In this document: piece after piece, positions 1-10,123 of the stretch | Numbering within the stretch: the stretch's first letter is position 1 | How the letters are laid out: the number at the start of each line of letters is the position of its first letter | NCBI GenBank assembly: GCA_963790475.1 | Contig: CAWBOS010000015.1 | Coordinates: forward strand, 96,001-160,000 | Length of the DNA stretch: 64,000 bases | From: an uncultured delta proteobacterium | GTDB lineage: Bacteria > Desulfobacterota > RBG-13-43-22 | Direction: 5' to 3' | Program-made: the position numbers and the translations under genes | Notes under the pieces: generated by a model | Told to the model about the DNA's origin: nothing | Seen by the model: the letters and a program-made list of their open reading frames with translations, nothing else | Databases searched by the model: none

Positions 1-1376
1 GCCTGATGGATGCTTAGAGCCATCTCTTGCATCCGATTGGTCTCTTCCACCAGAATATCCAGATATTTCTTGACAGAAGAGTCTTCTTTCAGCGGGGTTT
101 CTTTGGCCAGCAGGGTTTTCAGCCTTCTGGCGAAGCCGGCTATGGCGATGGCCGGGTTCTTGAAATCATGGAGGGTATCATCCAACTGCTCCATTCTCTG
201 GGCCTTCATAAGTTCCCGGCCTAAGAAAAGGAAGATCTCGATCTCCCACTCGCTATACCCTTGGCGCAAGTCCAAGGCATCAAAGGTCATGAAATGGGTA
301 ACTTCTTCATCCACTTTCAGGGGGACGTAAAGAATGGAGTTAATATTATGGTTGGCCGCGAACCTCTTCAGGTTATTGGAGATTTTTTGACTTTTCTGCG
401 GATCGATGATCAGGACATAGGAAGGGGTCACCACTTCATAGGGGGATTCCTCGGTTAGGATCTCCCTTCTCAGGGCGAGTTCGAAAGCCGGTTCACTTTT
501 CACCAAAAAACTCTTGCCAATTCCATGATACCCGGATGTTTCCGGGTAGCCGGCCTCAAGGACCACATGCTCGTGATCCCCTGAAACCGAGAATAGGGCA
601 CAGCTCTGGACATTGATGATATCGGCAATCTCAGGAATCACCCGGTTGAAGACCTCCTTCATCTTAACCCCTCCCCGGGAACCCATTTTCTGAAAAACCC
701 TCTGGACAATGGTCTCCTTCTTTTCGTTGACCTTGTAAAGAGAGAGAATCTTTTTCCGGGCGATAACAAAACTGAGTCTCCGGGCCATGAGTTCCGCCAT
801 CTGGATGTCGAGAGGCGGGAAGGACCGACCTTCTTCGGCATAATAGATCTGAATCACACCCACGGTCTCTCTCTCATGAGGGAAGAAGCGCGGTATGAGG
901 AAAGGGACGGCCATCAAAGAGTGGGCACCTCTGCGGGTTATAACCTCTTTATCCTGATACAGAGGTTCCCCCAGAATGCTGGGGACCAGCCAGGTTTTTT
1001 TGGTCTTGATCACTTCACCGGCAATGGTGTTTTCCAGCGGGATATAGGTGGCCCGCGCCGCCTCTTGATAGGGATGCGACCCGTAGGAAAGCATCTGACC
1101 GGTATTGGGATCGTAAATTCTGACTGCTGCCGACAAAGCCCCCAGGAACTCCACCATGTACCCAGTGACCTTGGTCAGGATCTCAGGCTCGGCCAGGTCC
1201 GGGCTTATTTCGATAATCTCGTCGACCTTATGGGAAATCTCATCTAGAAAATCGGGCAGGAAGGATTGTCTCAGGTTGACCGCCAAGTGATCCCAAAAGG
1301 CTTCATCCCGAACCGGTAAAGCCCAGGGTTCATTTCGCATAGCCTTGATCAGTTTATCGATGGAACGCCCGATCAT
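1..1376 (-). CDS. GAF-domain sensor histidine kinase (3' end outside window)
   Basis: Translated by hand from ATG at 1376 (MIGRSIDKLIKAMRNE...). The frame stays open to the window edge, so it is missing from the ORF track. Two GAF-like segments (SLMAVPF..VGVIQIY; SILYVPLKV) and a HisKA H-box LHDFKNPAIAIAGFA. Confidence 0.85.
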   Translation of the reverse strand, partial: MIGRSIDKLIKAMRNEPWALPVRDEAFWDHLAVNLRQSFLPDFLDEISHKVDEIIEISPDLAEPEILTKVTGYMVEFLGALSAAVRIYDPNTGQMLSYGSHPYQEAARATYIPLENTIAGEVIKTKKTWLVPSILGEPLYQDKEVITRRGAHSLMAVPFLIPRFFPHERETVGVIQIYYAEEGRSFPPLDIQMAELMARRLSFVIARKKILSLYKVNEKKETIVQRVFQKMGSRGGVKMKEVFNRVIPEIADIINVQSCALFSVSGDHEHVVLEAGYPETSGYHGIGKSFLVKSEPAFELALRREILTEESPYEVVTPSYVLIIDPQKSQKISNNLKRFAANHNINSILYVPLKVDEEVTHFMTFDALDLRQGYSEWEIEIFLFLGRELMKAQRMEQLDDTLHDFKNPAIAIAGFARRLKTLLAKETPLKEDSSVKKYLDILVEETNRMQEMALSIHQ

Positions 1377-1391
1377 TTCAATCCTTTTCTG

Positions 1392-2036
1392 TCAATACCC
1401 CATCGGCTCACCAACCAGCTTGACATGGATCCGGTCCTTGATCATTTGACCTTCGATAATGGACCACATATTACAGATACGGGTCGGGGTCCGGCAGTCG
1501 CTGCAGATCCCGTTTTCGACACAAGGGTTGGGCAGTCCGTAGCGGATATTGTTCAAAGGGGCGGCGTGGTGTTTGACCCGTTTAAAGGCCGTATCCAGAT
1601 CGAAGACCACTTTATTCATCCCCACTACCAAAATAACTTTTTTGGGGCCGAAGGACATGGCTGCCACCCGGTTTCCCATTCCGTCCAGATTGACCAGTAT
1701 CCCGTTTAAGGTGATGGCATTGGTGCTGGAGATCATAATGTCGGCCGAAAGTCCCTTACGGCGCTGCTCCAGTCCTTCTTCCGGGGACAATTCGGGCAGG
1801 TAAGGGTCGATGACCGTAACACCCGGAAGGGCCTTCACCGCCTCCCAGAGACCGATCTCCACCAGGGAAGTCGATCCACAACGGTAGACGATCGATCCTT
1901 TGGGAATCATCTGGAGGACCTCTTCTTTGGCCTGGTTGATAGTAGGGGCGAAACTGCCGGCCATCCGTTTTTTCCCCAGTTCGGTAATAATCTGCCGGGC
2001 AACCTGTTTCTGGTATTTCTCTTTAACCGCATCCAT
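1392..2036 (-). CDS. LUD-domain (lactate utilization) protein
   Basis: Motifs SSTNAITLNGILVNLDGMGNRVAAMSFGPKKVILVVGMNKVV and C-terminal PCVENGICSDC..RIC typical of this family. Confidence 0.8.
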   Translation of the reverse strand: MDAVKEKYQKQVARQIITELGKKRMAGSFAPTINQAKEEVLQMIPKGSIVYRCGSTSLVEIGLWEAVKALPGVTVIDPYLPELSPEEGLEQRRKGLSADIMISSTNAITLNGILVNLDGMGNRVAAMSFGPKKVILVVGMNKVVFDLDTAFKRVKHHAAPLNNIRYGLPNPCVENGICSDCRTPTRICNMWSIIEGQMIKDRIHVKLVGEPMGY

Positions 2037-2164
2037 ATTTTTCTCCTGACAAATTCTATAATAAGATTTTTCTTTTTTTTCACAAAAAATCTGGTATTAA
2101 AGTTTTATTATAGACCAAACGTTCCGATGTTCAAGTGTTATCTTACGGTAAAGGAATACATCAG

Positions 2165-2956
2165 ATGCTACCCTACCCTAACATCGATCCGGTATTGATT
2201 GCTTTCGGTCCCCTTCAGATCCGCTGGTATGGGATAATGTATCTACTGGGATTTTTATTTTCTTATATGCTGGTTCATTATCAACTGGCCCGGCAAAAAA
2301 CTAAGCTGTTGACCAATGAGCAATTGCTGGATCTTTACTTCTATTTAATCCTGGGATTGATCCTGGGAGCCCGGTTGGGATATATCCTTTTCTATAACTT
2401 GAAAGAGTATCTTCAACACCCCTGGGAATTGGTAGCCGTTTGGCATGGGGGGATGTCCTTTCACGGAGGGATGGTGGGGGTGCTGCTGGCCGCCTGGTGG
2501 TACTGTCGAAAAAGCAAAATTTCCTTTTTATCCTTGGGGGACCTCTTGGTGATTACGGCCCCTATCGGCCTGGGGCTGGGAAGGCTGGCCAACTTTATCA
2601 ACGGGGAACTTTACGGACGCATCACCACGGTCCCCTGGGGCATGGTCTTTCCTCAGGGAGGTCCAATGCCCCGCCATCCGTCTCAACTCTATGAGGCTAT
2701 TCTGGAAGGGGTTGTGCTTTTCTCCCTTTTGTGGATGAGGAAAAACAAAAAATCTTTTCAGGGGGAATTGGCAGCGGACTTTCTGATCCTCTATGGACTG
2801 TTCCGAATCTTGATCGAATTCTTTAGGCAACCGGATGTCCAGGTAGGTTACCTTTGGGGATTATTTACCATGGGCCAGTTGCTCAGCAGCCTGATGATCT
2901 TAGGGGGAGGGTGTTTCATATTTATCGGACTGCGAATCACAAAGACCCGTAAATGA
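2165..2956 (+). CDS. lgt: Prolipoprotein diacylglyceryl transferase
   Basis: IRWYG, GARLGY, WHGGMSFHGG, GRLANFINGELYGR and RHPSQLYE motifs. Start placed at ATG 2165 (MLPYPNIDP). Confidence 0.97.
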   Translation: MLPYPNIDPVLIAFGPLQIRWYGIMYLLGFLFSYMLVHYQLARQKTKLLTNEQLLDLYFYLILGLILGARLGYILFYNLKEYLQHPWELVAVWHGGMSFHGGMVGVLLAAWWYCRKSKISFLSLGDLLVITAPIGLGLGRLANFINGELYGRITTVPWGMVFPQGGPMPRHPSQLYEAILEGVVLFSLLWMRKNKKSFQGELAADFLILYGLFRILIEFFRQPDVQVGYLWGLFTMGQLLSSLMILGGGCFIFIGLRITKTRK

Positions 2957-3128
2957 TAACGGATCGATTCCATTCAAAGCAAGACTATTCCATCACCGTC
3001 TGGGTTTTTTCGACCACTCCCCTGAATGTTGAAAATAGTATTATTTTTGGATATAAAAAATCGATTAACGATAAATCCAATAACCCGGGTTTGGAAAAAA
3101 TCACCTTGGACCCGAAAGGAGCAGGCCC

Positions 3129-3547
3129 ATCAAAGACAAGAAAAAGAAACTGACCACCGGGAACGGCGCCCCAGTTGTGGACAACCAGAATACTATGACC
3201 GCGGGACCTCGTGGTCCGGTTCTGCTGCAGGATGTCTGGTATCTTGAGAAACTCACCCATTTCGATCGGGAGGTGATCCCCGAGCGACGGATGCACTGGA
3301 GAGGGCGGCGGATCATTGGAATTACCGTGAAGACGATAATGACTACTACACCCAGCCCGGCAAGCTCTTCCGTCTGATGAGCCCGGCACAGAAGAAGGTC
3401 CTCTTTGAAAACACCACTCGCTCCATAGCCGATGCGCCCAAAGAGATCAAGGTCCGTCACATCGGCAACTGCCTGAAGGCTGACGATGTCTATGGTAAGG
3501 GGGTGGCTAAAGCACTGGGAATCCCGCTGAGCGGAGTCCCCAAATAG
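3129..3547 (+). pseudogene. katA: Monofunctional heme catalase remnant with large internal deletion
   Basis: After an AGGAG RBS the start reads ATC rather than ATG, then [55 protein letters not shown]. This joins out of frame at ~3296 to the catalase C-terminus ([24 protein letters not shown]...[14 protein letters not shown], stop 3545-3547). Confidence 0.92.
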
Positions 3548-3847
3548 GGGATCAATCGACCCACTTCTAAGGAGTATAACGATCCTTCAAAATTATTTTA
3601 CTCCTTAATCCAAGAGCACCCAATGAATTTTTCCTGATCTAATAAGAATTTTAGCTATGGCTCCTTTTTAAACGTGGTTCTGGCCGGATTTGAAAACGGC
3701 CTTTTCTTAAAGAGATACGCTGGACGGTGACAAACGGATTTTCATGTTATGATTCCCTACCGAAGGGATGAGCATGGTTAGAGAAGGCCTGTTTTTCTTT
3801 AGAAAAGTGCAACAGTATAGACCTGACCCCATGCAGAAAGGTGATTG

Positions 3848-4843
3848 ATGACTTTTTCCACAAATTCAAAGCCTACTGCCCTGGTTGATCCCTCTCGAAC
3901 ACGCTTCCTCCAGTATCTTGCTGCGAAAAAGTCGGTCGATGACCGCTCCCTTAACAAGCGGGTTTGGGATACCCTCCGTCAGACCCTCGCCCCTTCAGAA
4001 TTGCAGAAACCCATCACCATCTTCGAAGCGGGATGTGGCATCGGTACCATGATAGAAAGGCTGATCGATTGGGACCTGATAACCAATGGGCATTATACTG
4101 GCGTCGATGCAGCACCCGAATGCCTGACCGAGGCGCTCGTGAGGCTTCGTCGCCATGGAGAAAAATTAAGCCTGGAAGTCATCGACGAAAGAGCCGATAG
4201 GATTGCCATTCGGAACCGGCGTTTTTCTCTGGTGATCGAACTCGTGGCTATGGACCTGGTTGATTACCTCAAAATCAACAGGGACTCCCGCTCCTTTGAT
4301 CTCATCATCGCCCACGCCTTCCTTGACCTTGTCGATCTGGAAACGACCTTGCCCCTTCTCCTCTCTTCGGTCCGCCCTGGAGGGTTGTGTTACCTTACCC
4401 TCAACTTCGATGGAATGACCGTCTTTGAGCCGGTCGTGGATCGAGCCCTGGACAAAGAGATCGAACGGCTCTACCATGAGACCATGGACAAGAGATACCA
4501 GGGCGGCCCCGGCACCGGGGGGAGCCGCACCGGCCGAACCTTGCTGACGATCTTAAGATATCACGGGGTCCGAATCATCGATTCAGGTAGTTCGGACTGG
4601 CTATGTTTTGCCCGTGATGGTGGCTACGAGGGAATGGAATCCTTTTTTCTCCACTTTATTGTGGATACCGTTAAGGAGGCCCTGTCCGGAAACCCCGGTC
4701 TTGACCAGCAGCAGTTTTTACAATGGGTGGACAAAAGGCATAAGCAAATCGACAGGGGTGAACTCATTTATATTGCCCACCAACTCGATGTTTTGGGACA
4801 GGTTATCAGGCCTCCAGAGACAATTAGGAAACCGATCCTCTGA
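3848..4843 (+). CDS. Class I SAM-dependent methyltransferase
   Basis: Motif I FEAGCGIGTM, motif II YTGVD, FDLIIAHAFLDL. Confidence 0.8.
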   Translation: MTFSTNSKPTALVDPSRTRFLQYLAAKKSVDDRSLNKRVWDTLRQTLAPSELQKPITIFEAGCGIGTMIERLIDWDLITNGHYTGVDAAPECLTEALVRLRRHGEKLSLEVIDERADRIAIRNRRFSLVIELVAMDLVDYLKINRDSRSFDLIIAHAFLDLVDLETTLPLLLSSVRPGGLCYLTLNFDGMTVFEPVVDRALDKEIERLYHETMDKRYQGGPGTGGSRTGRTLLTILRYHGVRIIDSGSSDWLCFARDGGYEGMESFFLHFIVDTVKEALSGNPGLDQQQFLQWVDKRHKQIDRGELIYIAHQLDVLGQVIRPPETIRKPIL

Positions 4844-4985
4844 CCGCTAAGCGGTCGAGTTTCACATTCCAATCCCATAAAAACCGGGTCGCTTAACACC
4901 CTATGGCACTGTGACACCCACTTCGATCTTCTTCGCGATTTGGGCCCAGAGATCAACTTAGATTGTAGCAGGGGAATCAGCAAGG

Positions 4986-5768
4986 ATGGCATCTGAGGCA
5001 TTTTTTCACCAAAGGATTATTCGGGAATTCCTTCCTCTTTACCTTATGCCTCTCTTGTTGGTAACCGGGGCCTCCGAAATCCTGTCTCTTAATTGGACAA
5101 TGGATTACGGTTTTAGGTGGGCCATGGTCACAACGACCATTTTTCTCTTTGAAATTCTTCTAGTCCATCTCGTGCGCTTTCGCCTCAATAATGCCCATCA
5201 TGAACGGCAGCGACTTGCCCTCGGCACACCGGATTACATTACCTTGACCCGGGGATTCTTTCTGGCCTGTTCCGGAGGATTTATCGCCGTCCCCAGGCCG
5301 CAGGGATGGTTGGGCTGGGCCCCTGGTCTACTCTACCTGATGGCTATCAGCGGGGACAGTCTCGATGGATATTTGGCCCGCAAGTTGAAAAGATCAACCC
5401 TTTTTGGCGAGCTTCTCGATATTCAGTTTGATGCTCTGGGAACGTTGCTGGGCACAATCCTCGCTCTTCTTTATGGGCAAATCCCCGCCTGGTATCTTCT
5501 GGTGGGCTTCGGCTATTATATTTTAATTGTAGGAACCTGGGCTCGGAGGACCTGCGGACTGAAATCATACCCGCTAACGAAAAACACCTTCAGAAGAATT
5601 GCCGGCGGTACCAATTCGATTTTCCTCTCTCTGGCCGTAACACCTGCCTTACCCCCAAGGGTTACTGCCCTCATAGCCTATCCCTTCTTGGCCTTGATGG
5701 CCACCAGCTTCTTAAAGGACTGGTTCGCGGTCATTGGCCAAGGCAAAAACCATCGGAGGTCTGCATGA
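4986..5768 (+). CDS. CDP-alcohol phosphatidyltransferase family protein
   Basis: Signature DSLDGYLAR...GELLDIQFD in a multi-TM protein. Confidence 0.88.
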   Translation: MASEAFFHQRIIREFLPLYLMPLLLVTGASEILSLNWTMDYGFRWAMVTTTIFLFEILLVHLVRFRLNNAHHERQRLALGTPDYITLTRGFFLACSGGFIAVPRPQGWLGWAPGLLYLMAISGDSLDGYLARKLKRSTLFGELLDIQFDALGTLLGTILALLYGQIPAWYLLVGFGYYILIVGTWARRTCGLKSYPLTKNTFRRIAGGTNSIFLSLAVTPALPPRVTALIAYPFLALMATSFLKDWFAVIGQGKNHRRSA

Positions 5769-5872
5769 ACACCGCCCTGGAAATCTTTTACAACCCTTTC
5801 CAAGTCACGAAGGGTTGGAGGTTATCGAGGCCTTAAGGGTCCCGTGTCTACTCCCTAATCATAGGCAGCCAA

Positions 5873-6673
5873 TTAATAGGAATAGGTGACAGCGGCTCCC
5901 ACAGAAAACCGTTCGGAATATTGTCCTTCAACATTCAGATGGAATCCCCGGGCGAGTGGCAGGTAAATACCGGCAAATCCCCCCAGGTTTGTCCCGCTAT
6001 GAATCCTGAAGTCCCCCGGTTCAGAAGTCAAACCGGGGATGTTTGAGGACGAAGATACCGTGGCTTCCGAATAGCGGGCATAAGGTCCGACATAGAGTTT
6101 CAGCCCAGGAGGAACCGTGACTTGAAAGCCAAGACCGAAATTCACATCCCATAAGTGTCTTACCTTAAATTCGGTTGCAAAGGGGGCGCCGTTAGAAGTC
6201 CCGGAAACATGATCGGTGAAATCCCCGAAATAGGTGGAACCCTGTATGAAAGCCCCGATGCCGAAAATCTCCTTGAAAGGATAGAACCCTTTTGCCCCCA
6301 TCGTACCGAACCAATTCCAGCTATCTTCAAAATCATTTTTGGAAGTCACTGTCGAAGCCTGGGTGGAACGGAAGGCATCGGAAATTTTCAAATCGGATAC
6401 CCCGATTCGCCCAAAAATTTCCCAATTTTTTTTCCCATAACCTAACTGGGAATAACCTTGATTTTGTCTGAATACCTGCTCTTTCCCATTCTGGTATTCA
6501 CCCTCGTAGTGCCAATAGCCGATAGCCGTAGCCAATCCCCCTTCTTTTTTGGAAAGGGGCTGGGGTGGGCCAAATAGTCCTTCTGCACCCGCCATCCCCT
6601 GGAGGGTAAAGAATATGAAAACGGATACCCCAATCACTTTAACCCCTTTCATCAGGAATTGCCCTTTCCTCAT
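5873..6673 (-). CDS. Putative outer-membrane beta-barrel protein
   Basis: Signal peptide, alternating aromatic/Gly beta-strand pattern, C-terminal beta-signal-like VTYSY. Last gene of the Mla operon. Start uncertain. Confidence 0.65.
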   Translation of the reverse strand: MRKGQFLMKGVKVIGVSVFIFFTLQGMAGAEGLFGPPQPLSKKEGGLATAIGYWHYEGEYQNGKEQVFRQNQGYSQLGYGKKNWEIFGRIGVSDLKISDAFRSTQASTVTSKNDFEDSWNWFGTMGAKGFYPFKEIFGIGAFIQGSTYFGDFTDHVSGTSNGAPFATEFKVRHLWDVNFGLGFQVTVPPGLKLYVGPYARYSEATVSSSSNIPGLTSEPGDFRIHSGTNLGGFAGIYLPLARGFHLNVEGQYSERFSVGAAVTYSY

Positions 6674-6750
6674 AGATTCACCCCTTCCACAACACAAAAA
6701 TCAGAGCAACGAAATGAAGGCCCGTCTGGTCGGGTGGCTTCTTTTAACCC

Positions 6751-7755
6751 TTACCTCACTCCCCCCGGTTTGGGGGGTTCGGGTTTTCCTTTCCCCGCTT
6801 CGACTTTCTTCAGCCGGTATTGGGTATAGGCATCGCGCAGCGCAACATAGGGATCAATGGCCGCCTCTTTGAGAGATTCATAGTCACCGATGCTTAAGGA
6901 GGTATCGTTCACCTCCTCGTAGGCCCTGACGGCTAACCAGTCGTACCAGGGAGTAATATAGCTGACCGGAAACAGGAAATAATCACCTACGATTCTTATG
7001 GAGTCCCTTGCGCTGTATGGACCAAGAAACGGCCAGACTATGTAGAAACCCTGTCCCACTCCATAAATTCCCAGGGTTTGACCCAGGTCGGCGTCCTGAT
7101 TCGGGATCTTGAGTTGCTCGCTTGATGAAGGATCCAAAAATCCTCCCACCCCCCAGACCGTGTTTACTAAGAAACGGCCCAGCTGTGCGGCTGCCCCTTT
7201 GAAGTCTGCCCGGAGCAGGCAACTGACGAAGCGAGCCGGGAATCCGAGATTGGAGAAAAAATTCTGCACGCCTACCCGCGCGGGCTCGGGAACGACTTTG
7301 TTGTATCCCTGGGCCACGGGTTTGAGCAACCAGAAATACAGCTTGTCGTTGAAGTGGAACATGGCCCGGTTGAAGGGCTCCAGCGGATCCGGAATCGTTG
7401 TTTGCTCTTTCTTCTCCCCTTCGCCTTCGGGATTTTCCTTGAGATCGGCACTCTCGGTTCCCGGTTGTGCTGATATCTCCGGGGAGGCGGGCGGATCGGA
7501 GATCGGGGCCGCCTCATCTCCTGCCCCCGTCAGCCCTTCCGTAAGGTTCTTCCCGCCCTCGGTGTTTCCATGCATCCTCGACACCTCAGAGGATTTCAGA
7601 CTAAGCGGCTCTGAACCGGAAGCCACCATGACCACCCTGGGCTGAGAAGGCACATCGGATGATGGAGATGAATAGGAAGGAGCAGGGGAAGGGCGGTGAG
7701 CACAGCCCAGGGTGAGAAAAGCCAAAAGTAAAACCAGAGATGAAAAACGTTTCAT
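6751..7755 (-). CDS. mlaA: MlaA/VacJ family lipoprotein
   Basis: Lipobox LTLGC, DPLEPFNRAMFHFND, RFLVNTVWGVGG, DLGQTLG, DPYVALRDAYTQ. Confidence 0.93.
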   Translation of the reverse strand: MKRFSSLVLLLAFLTLGCAHRPSPAPSYSSPSSDVPSQPRVVMVASGSEPLSLKSSEVSRMHGNTEGGKNLTEGLTGAGDEAAPISDPPASPEISAQPGTESADLKENPEGEGEKKEQTTIPDPLEPFNRAMFHFNDKLYFWLLKPVAQGYNKVVPEPARVGVQNFFSNLGFPARFVSCLLRADFKGAAAQLGRFLVNTVWGVGGFLDPSSSEQLKIPNQDADLGQTLGIYGVGQGFYIVWPFLGPYSARDSIRIVGDYFLFPVSYITPWYDWLAVRAYEEVNDTSLSIGDYESLKEAAIDPYVALRDAYTQYRLKKVEAGKGKPEPPKPGGVR

Positions 7756-7792
7756 TGTGTGTATGCCCTTCACTTTACTTCTTTCCGACCAA

Positions 7793-8383
7793 TTACTCCT
7801 TCACCTTTTTTCGCAAAATCTCAAGCAACTGATTGGGCGTATTTTTCGCCAGGATGGTGTTGAACTGGCTACGATAGTTCTGGACCAGGCTGACATTCTC
7901 AATGACCACATCATATACTTTCCAGGCGCCGTTCTTCTGGATCACTCTGTAAGAAATAGGGATTTCTTTTGAGGCACTGACCACTTTCGTCTGGACCTCG
8001 GCCTGATTGCTGGCCAGCATGTTTTCTTTAACGAAAACAATTTTCTCGTTGGTATAAGAAAGGATCTTATCAATGTAGGCCTTTTCCAGTACCTGTCGAT
8101 AGAGCTGGGTGAACTCCTGTTGCTGGGTAGAGTTCAGTTTGCTCCAATTAACCCCCAGGGTCCGCCTGGACAGTTCGACTTCATCGAACATCTGTACATA
8201 GATCGCCTCGAGTTTCTCTTTTTTGATCTTTTTGGCCGATTCGGCTTTGAGCTTTGGATCGCGAAGCACATCGAGCACTTTGTTGACATTGGTCTGAATC
8301 TGGTCAAGCGGTGCGCCGGCATAAACCGGAAGAACAGCCAGAAAGAAAAACAAAATACCCAACCATTTTAAATGTTTCATCAT
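7793..8383 (-). CDS. mlaC: MlaC/Ttg2D phospholipid-binding periplasmic protein
   Basis: WKVYDVVIENVSLVQNYRSQF motif, signal peptide, operon context. Confidence 0.93.
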   Translation of the reverse strand: MMKHLKWLGILFFFLAVLPVYAGAPLDQIQTNVNKVLDVLRDPKLKAESAKKIKKEKLEAIYVQMFDEVELSRRTLGVNWSKLNSTQQQEFTQLYRQVLEKAYIDKILSYTNEKIVFVKENMLASNQAEVQTKVVSASKEIPISYRVIQKNGAWKVYDVVIENVSLVQNYRSQFNTILAKNTPNQLLEILRKKVKE

Positions 8384-8419
8384 TTTTCCACCTTTCTGAT
8401 TTTTTAGGCCCTTTGATTA

Positions 8420-8872
8420 CTACTTCTTTACCTCACCGAAGGCATACTTGCCGATCAGGCTGGCGATATCGATGGGCGGCTGCGTTTCAATGATGGTTCC
8501 ACCGGGTCCAAGGGGTTTTCCTTCGCCCCCGGGATCTATGCTGAGATACATGTCACCAATCAACCCCTCGGTCTTGATGGAGGCAATGGCATCGTCATAG
8601 ACCTTGACCCCTTTTTGAACCCTTATTTCCACCACTGCCCTCTGATTCTTCTGGTCCATGGTGAGTCGTTCCACCCGCCCGACCTCAATCCCTAACATAC
8701 TCACGGGGCTGCCGGCTCTCAAGCCGCTCACCGTAGTGAATCGGGCGAAGAGAGAGTAGGCGTTGTCGCCCAGCAAGGAAACATGACCGAGTTTCAAGGT
8801 CATATACCCGATACAGAGCAGACCGAAAACGAGAAAGAGTCCGACGGTTGTCTCCATGGCGTACTTTTTCAT
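8420..8872 (-). CDS. mlaD: MlaD (MCE) substrate-binding protein
   Basis: N-terminal TM, GLRAGSPVSMLGIEVGRV, IKTEGLIGDMYLSIDPGG. Confidence 0.95.
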   Translation of the reverse strand: MKKYAMETTVGLFLVFGLLCIGYMTLKLGHVSLLGDNAYSLFARFTTVSGLRAGSPVSMLGIEVGRVERLTMDQKNQRAVVEIRVQKGVKVYDDAIASIKTEGLIGDMYLSIDPGGEGKPLGPGGTIIETQPPIDIASLIGKYAFGEVKK

Positions 8873-8875
8873 TGA

Positions 8876-10117
8876 CTACCTCCTCAGGTCGCACCGAATA
8901 CGGGCAATTTCTTTCTGTTGTTGTTTGGCAGAATTGATGACTTGATCCATTTCGGCACCAGGTTGGCCCTGGGCTATTCCGGCCAGGATAGAGAATTCAA
9001 TGCATAACCCGGTTGGGGCTCGCCAGCCGGCGGACCAAAAATTTTGAATTCCCTGTTCTTGAAAATCCTTAACAAAATCCTTCAGCATGGTCTCGGTCTC
9101 AGTCAGATCCGAATAGGGGAGCACCGTAACAAATTCATTGATGTGGCGGCGGGAGGAAAAACCCCCTATGGCCCCAAAATGTTTATCGATATATAGGCCC
9201 ATACGCCGGATGGCCTCCTTTGATGCTTCGTGACCTAAGCCGGAAATTATAATGTCCAGTCCTTCCAGAATAAAAACCACCACAGTATAAGTTTCCCCCA
9301 TGGCCTTCTGCTTCAACTGAGCATGATATAGTACTTTGAACTGCCGTTTGGAGTACAGGCCTGTTAATTCTTCCTGCAACCCCTCCAGGCTGTGGATGAC
9401 TTCATCTTTGAAGGGGTGGTCGAAATTTTCAAGTTCCTCCGGCGTGCCTTGAAAAACAATCTCTCGTTCATAGAGGGCCAGAATGCGGTTGGAGATAAAG
9501 TAGACACCGGGAATCTCATGGCTGACCAGGATCGCGGTAAAATTTAATTTTCTCTGATACTGAGCAATCATACTCAGGATGGCGTTTTTACGGACGGGAT
9601 CCTGGCCGGAGGTGGGTTCATCAAAGAGGACTATCTGGGGATCGGTTACCAGGGCCCGGGCCAGGGCCACCCGTTTCTGCATACCTCCAGAGAGTTCGGA
9701 AGGGTACTTGCCGGCCGCATCCTCGAGTTCAGTCTGTTCAACTCTGGCTATAACTTTGAGATCTATTTCATTCTTTTTCAGGTTTGTCGTTTCCCGGAGG
9801 GGCAGCGCGATATTGTCATAGACGGTCATGGAGTCGAAGAGGGCGTTGTCTTGAAACATGTAACTGATCCGGGCCAGCTGGGTGGACTTTTCTTTTTTGG
9901 TCATCCGGTCGAGGGGCTTACCCCGGAAGAAAATAGTCCCTTCATCGGGTTTAAGCAGCCCGATGATATGTTTGAGGAGCACGCTCTTTCCTGAACCACT
10001 GAGGCCGATAATCGTCGTGACCTGTCCTTCATAGATCTGCAGGTTAACCCGATCGAAGACGGTTCGGGATCCGAAGCGCTTGGTGACATCCTTGAATTCA
10101 ATCAACGGGGTATCCAT
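8876..10117 (-). CDS. mlaF: MlaF-type ABC ATPase with C-terminal degenerate GGDEF-like domain
   Basis: Walker A GLSGSGKS, LSGGMQKRVALARAL, DEPTSGQDP. About 165 extra C-terminal residues with ELTGLYSKR...GHEASKEAI...RRHINEF...SILAGIA. Confidence 0.88.
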   Translation of the reverse strand: MDTPLIEFKDVTKRFGSRTVFDRVNLQIYEGQVTTIIGLSGSGKSVLLKHIIGLLKPDEGTIFFRGKPLDRMTKKEKSTQLARISYMFQDNALFDSMTVYDNIALPLRETTNLKKNEIDLKVIARVEQTELEDAAGKYPSELSGGMQKRVALARALVTDPQIVLFDEPTSGQDPVRKNAILSMIAQYQRKLNFTAILVSHEIPGVYFISNRILALYEREIVFQGTPEELENFDHPFKDEVIHSLEGLQEELTGLYSKRQFKVLYHAQLKQKAMGETYTVVVFILEGLDIIISGLGHEASKEAIRRMGLYIDKHFGAIGGFSSRRHINEFVTVLPYSDLTETETMLKDFVKDFQEQGIQNFWSAGWRAPTGLCIEFSILAGIAQGQPGAEMDQVINSAKQQQKEIARIRCDLRR

Positions 10118-10123
10118 GGATCC

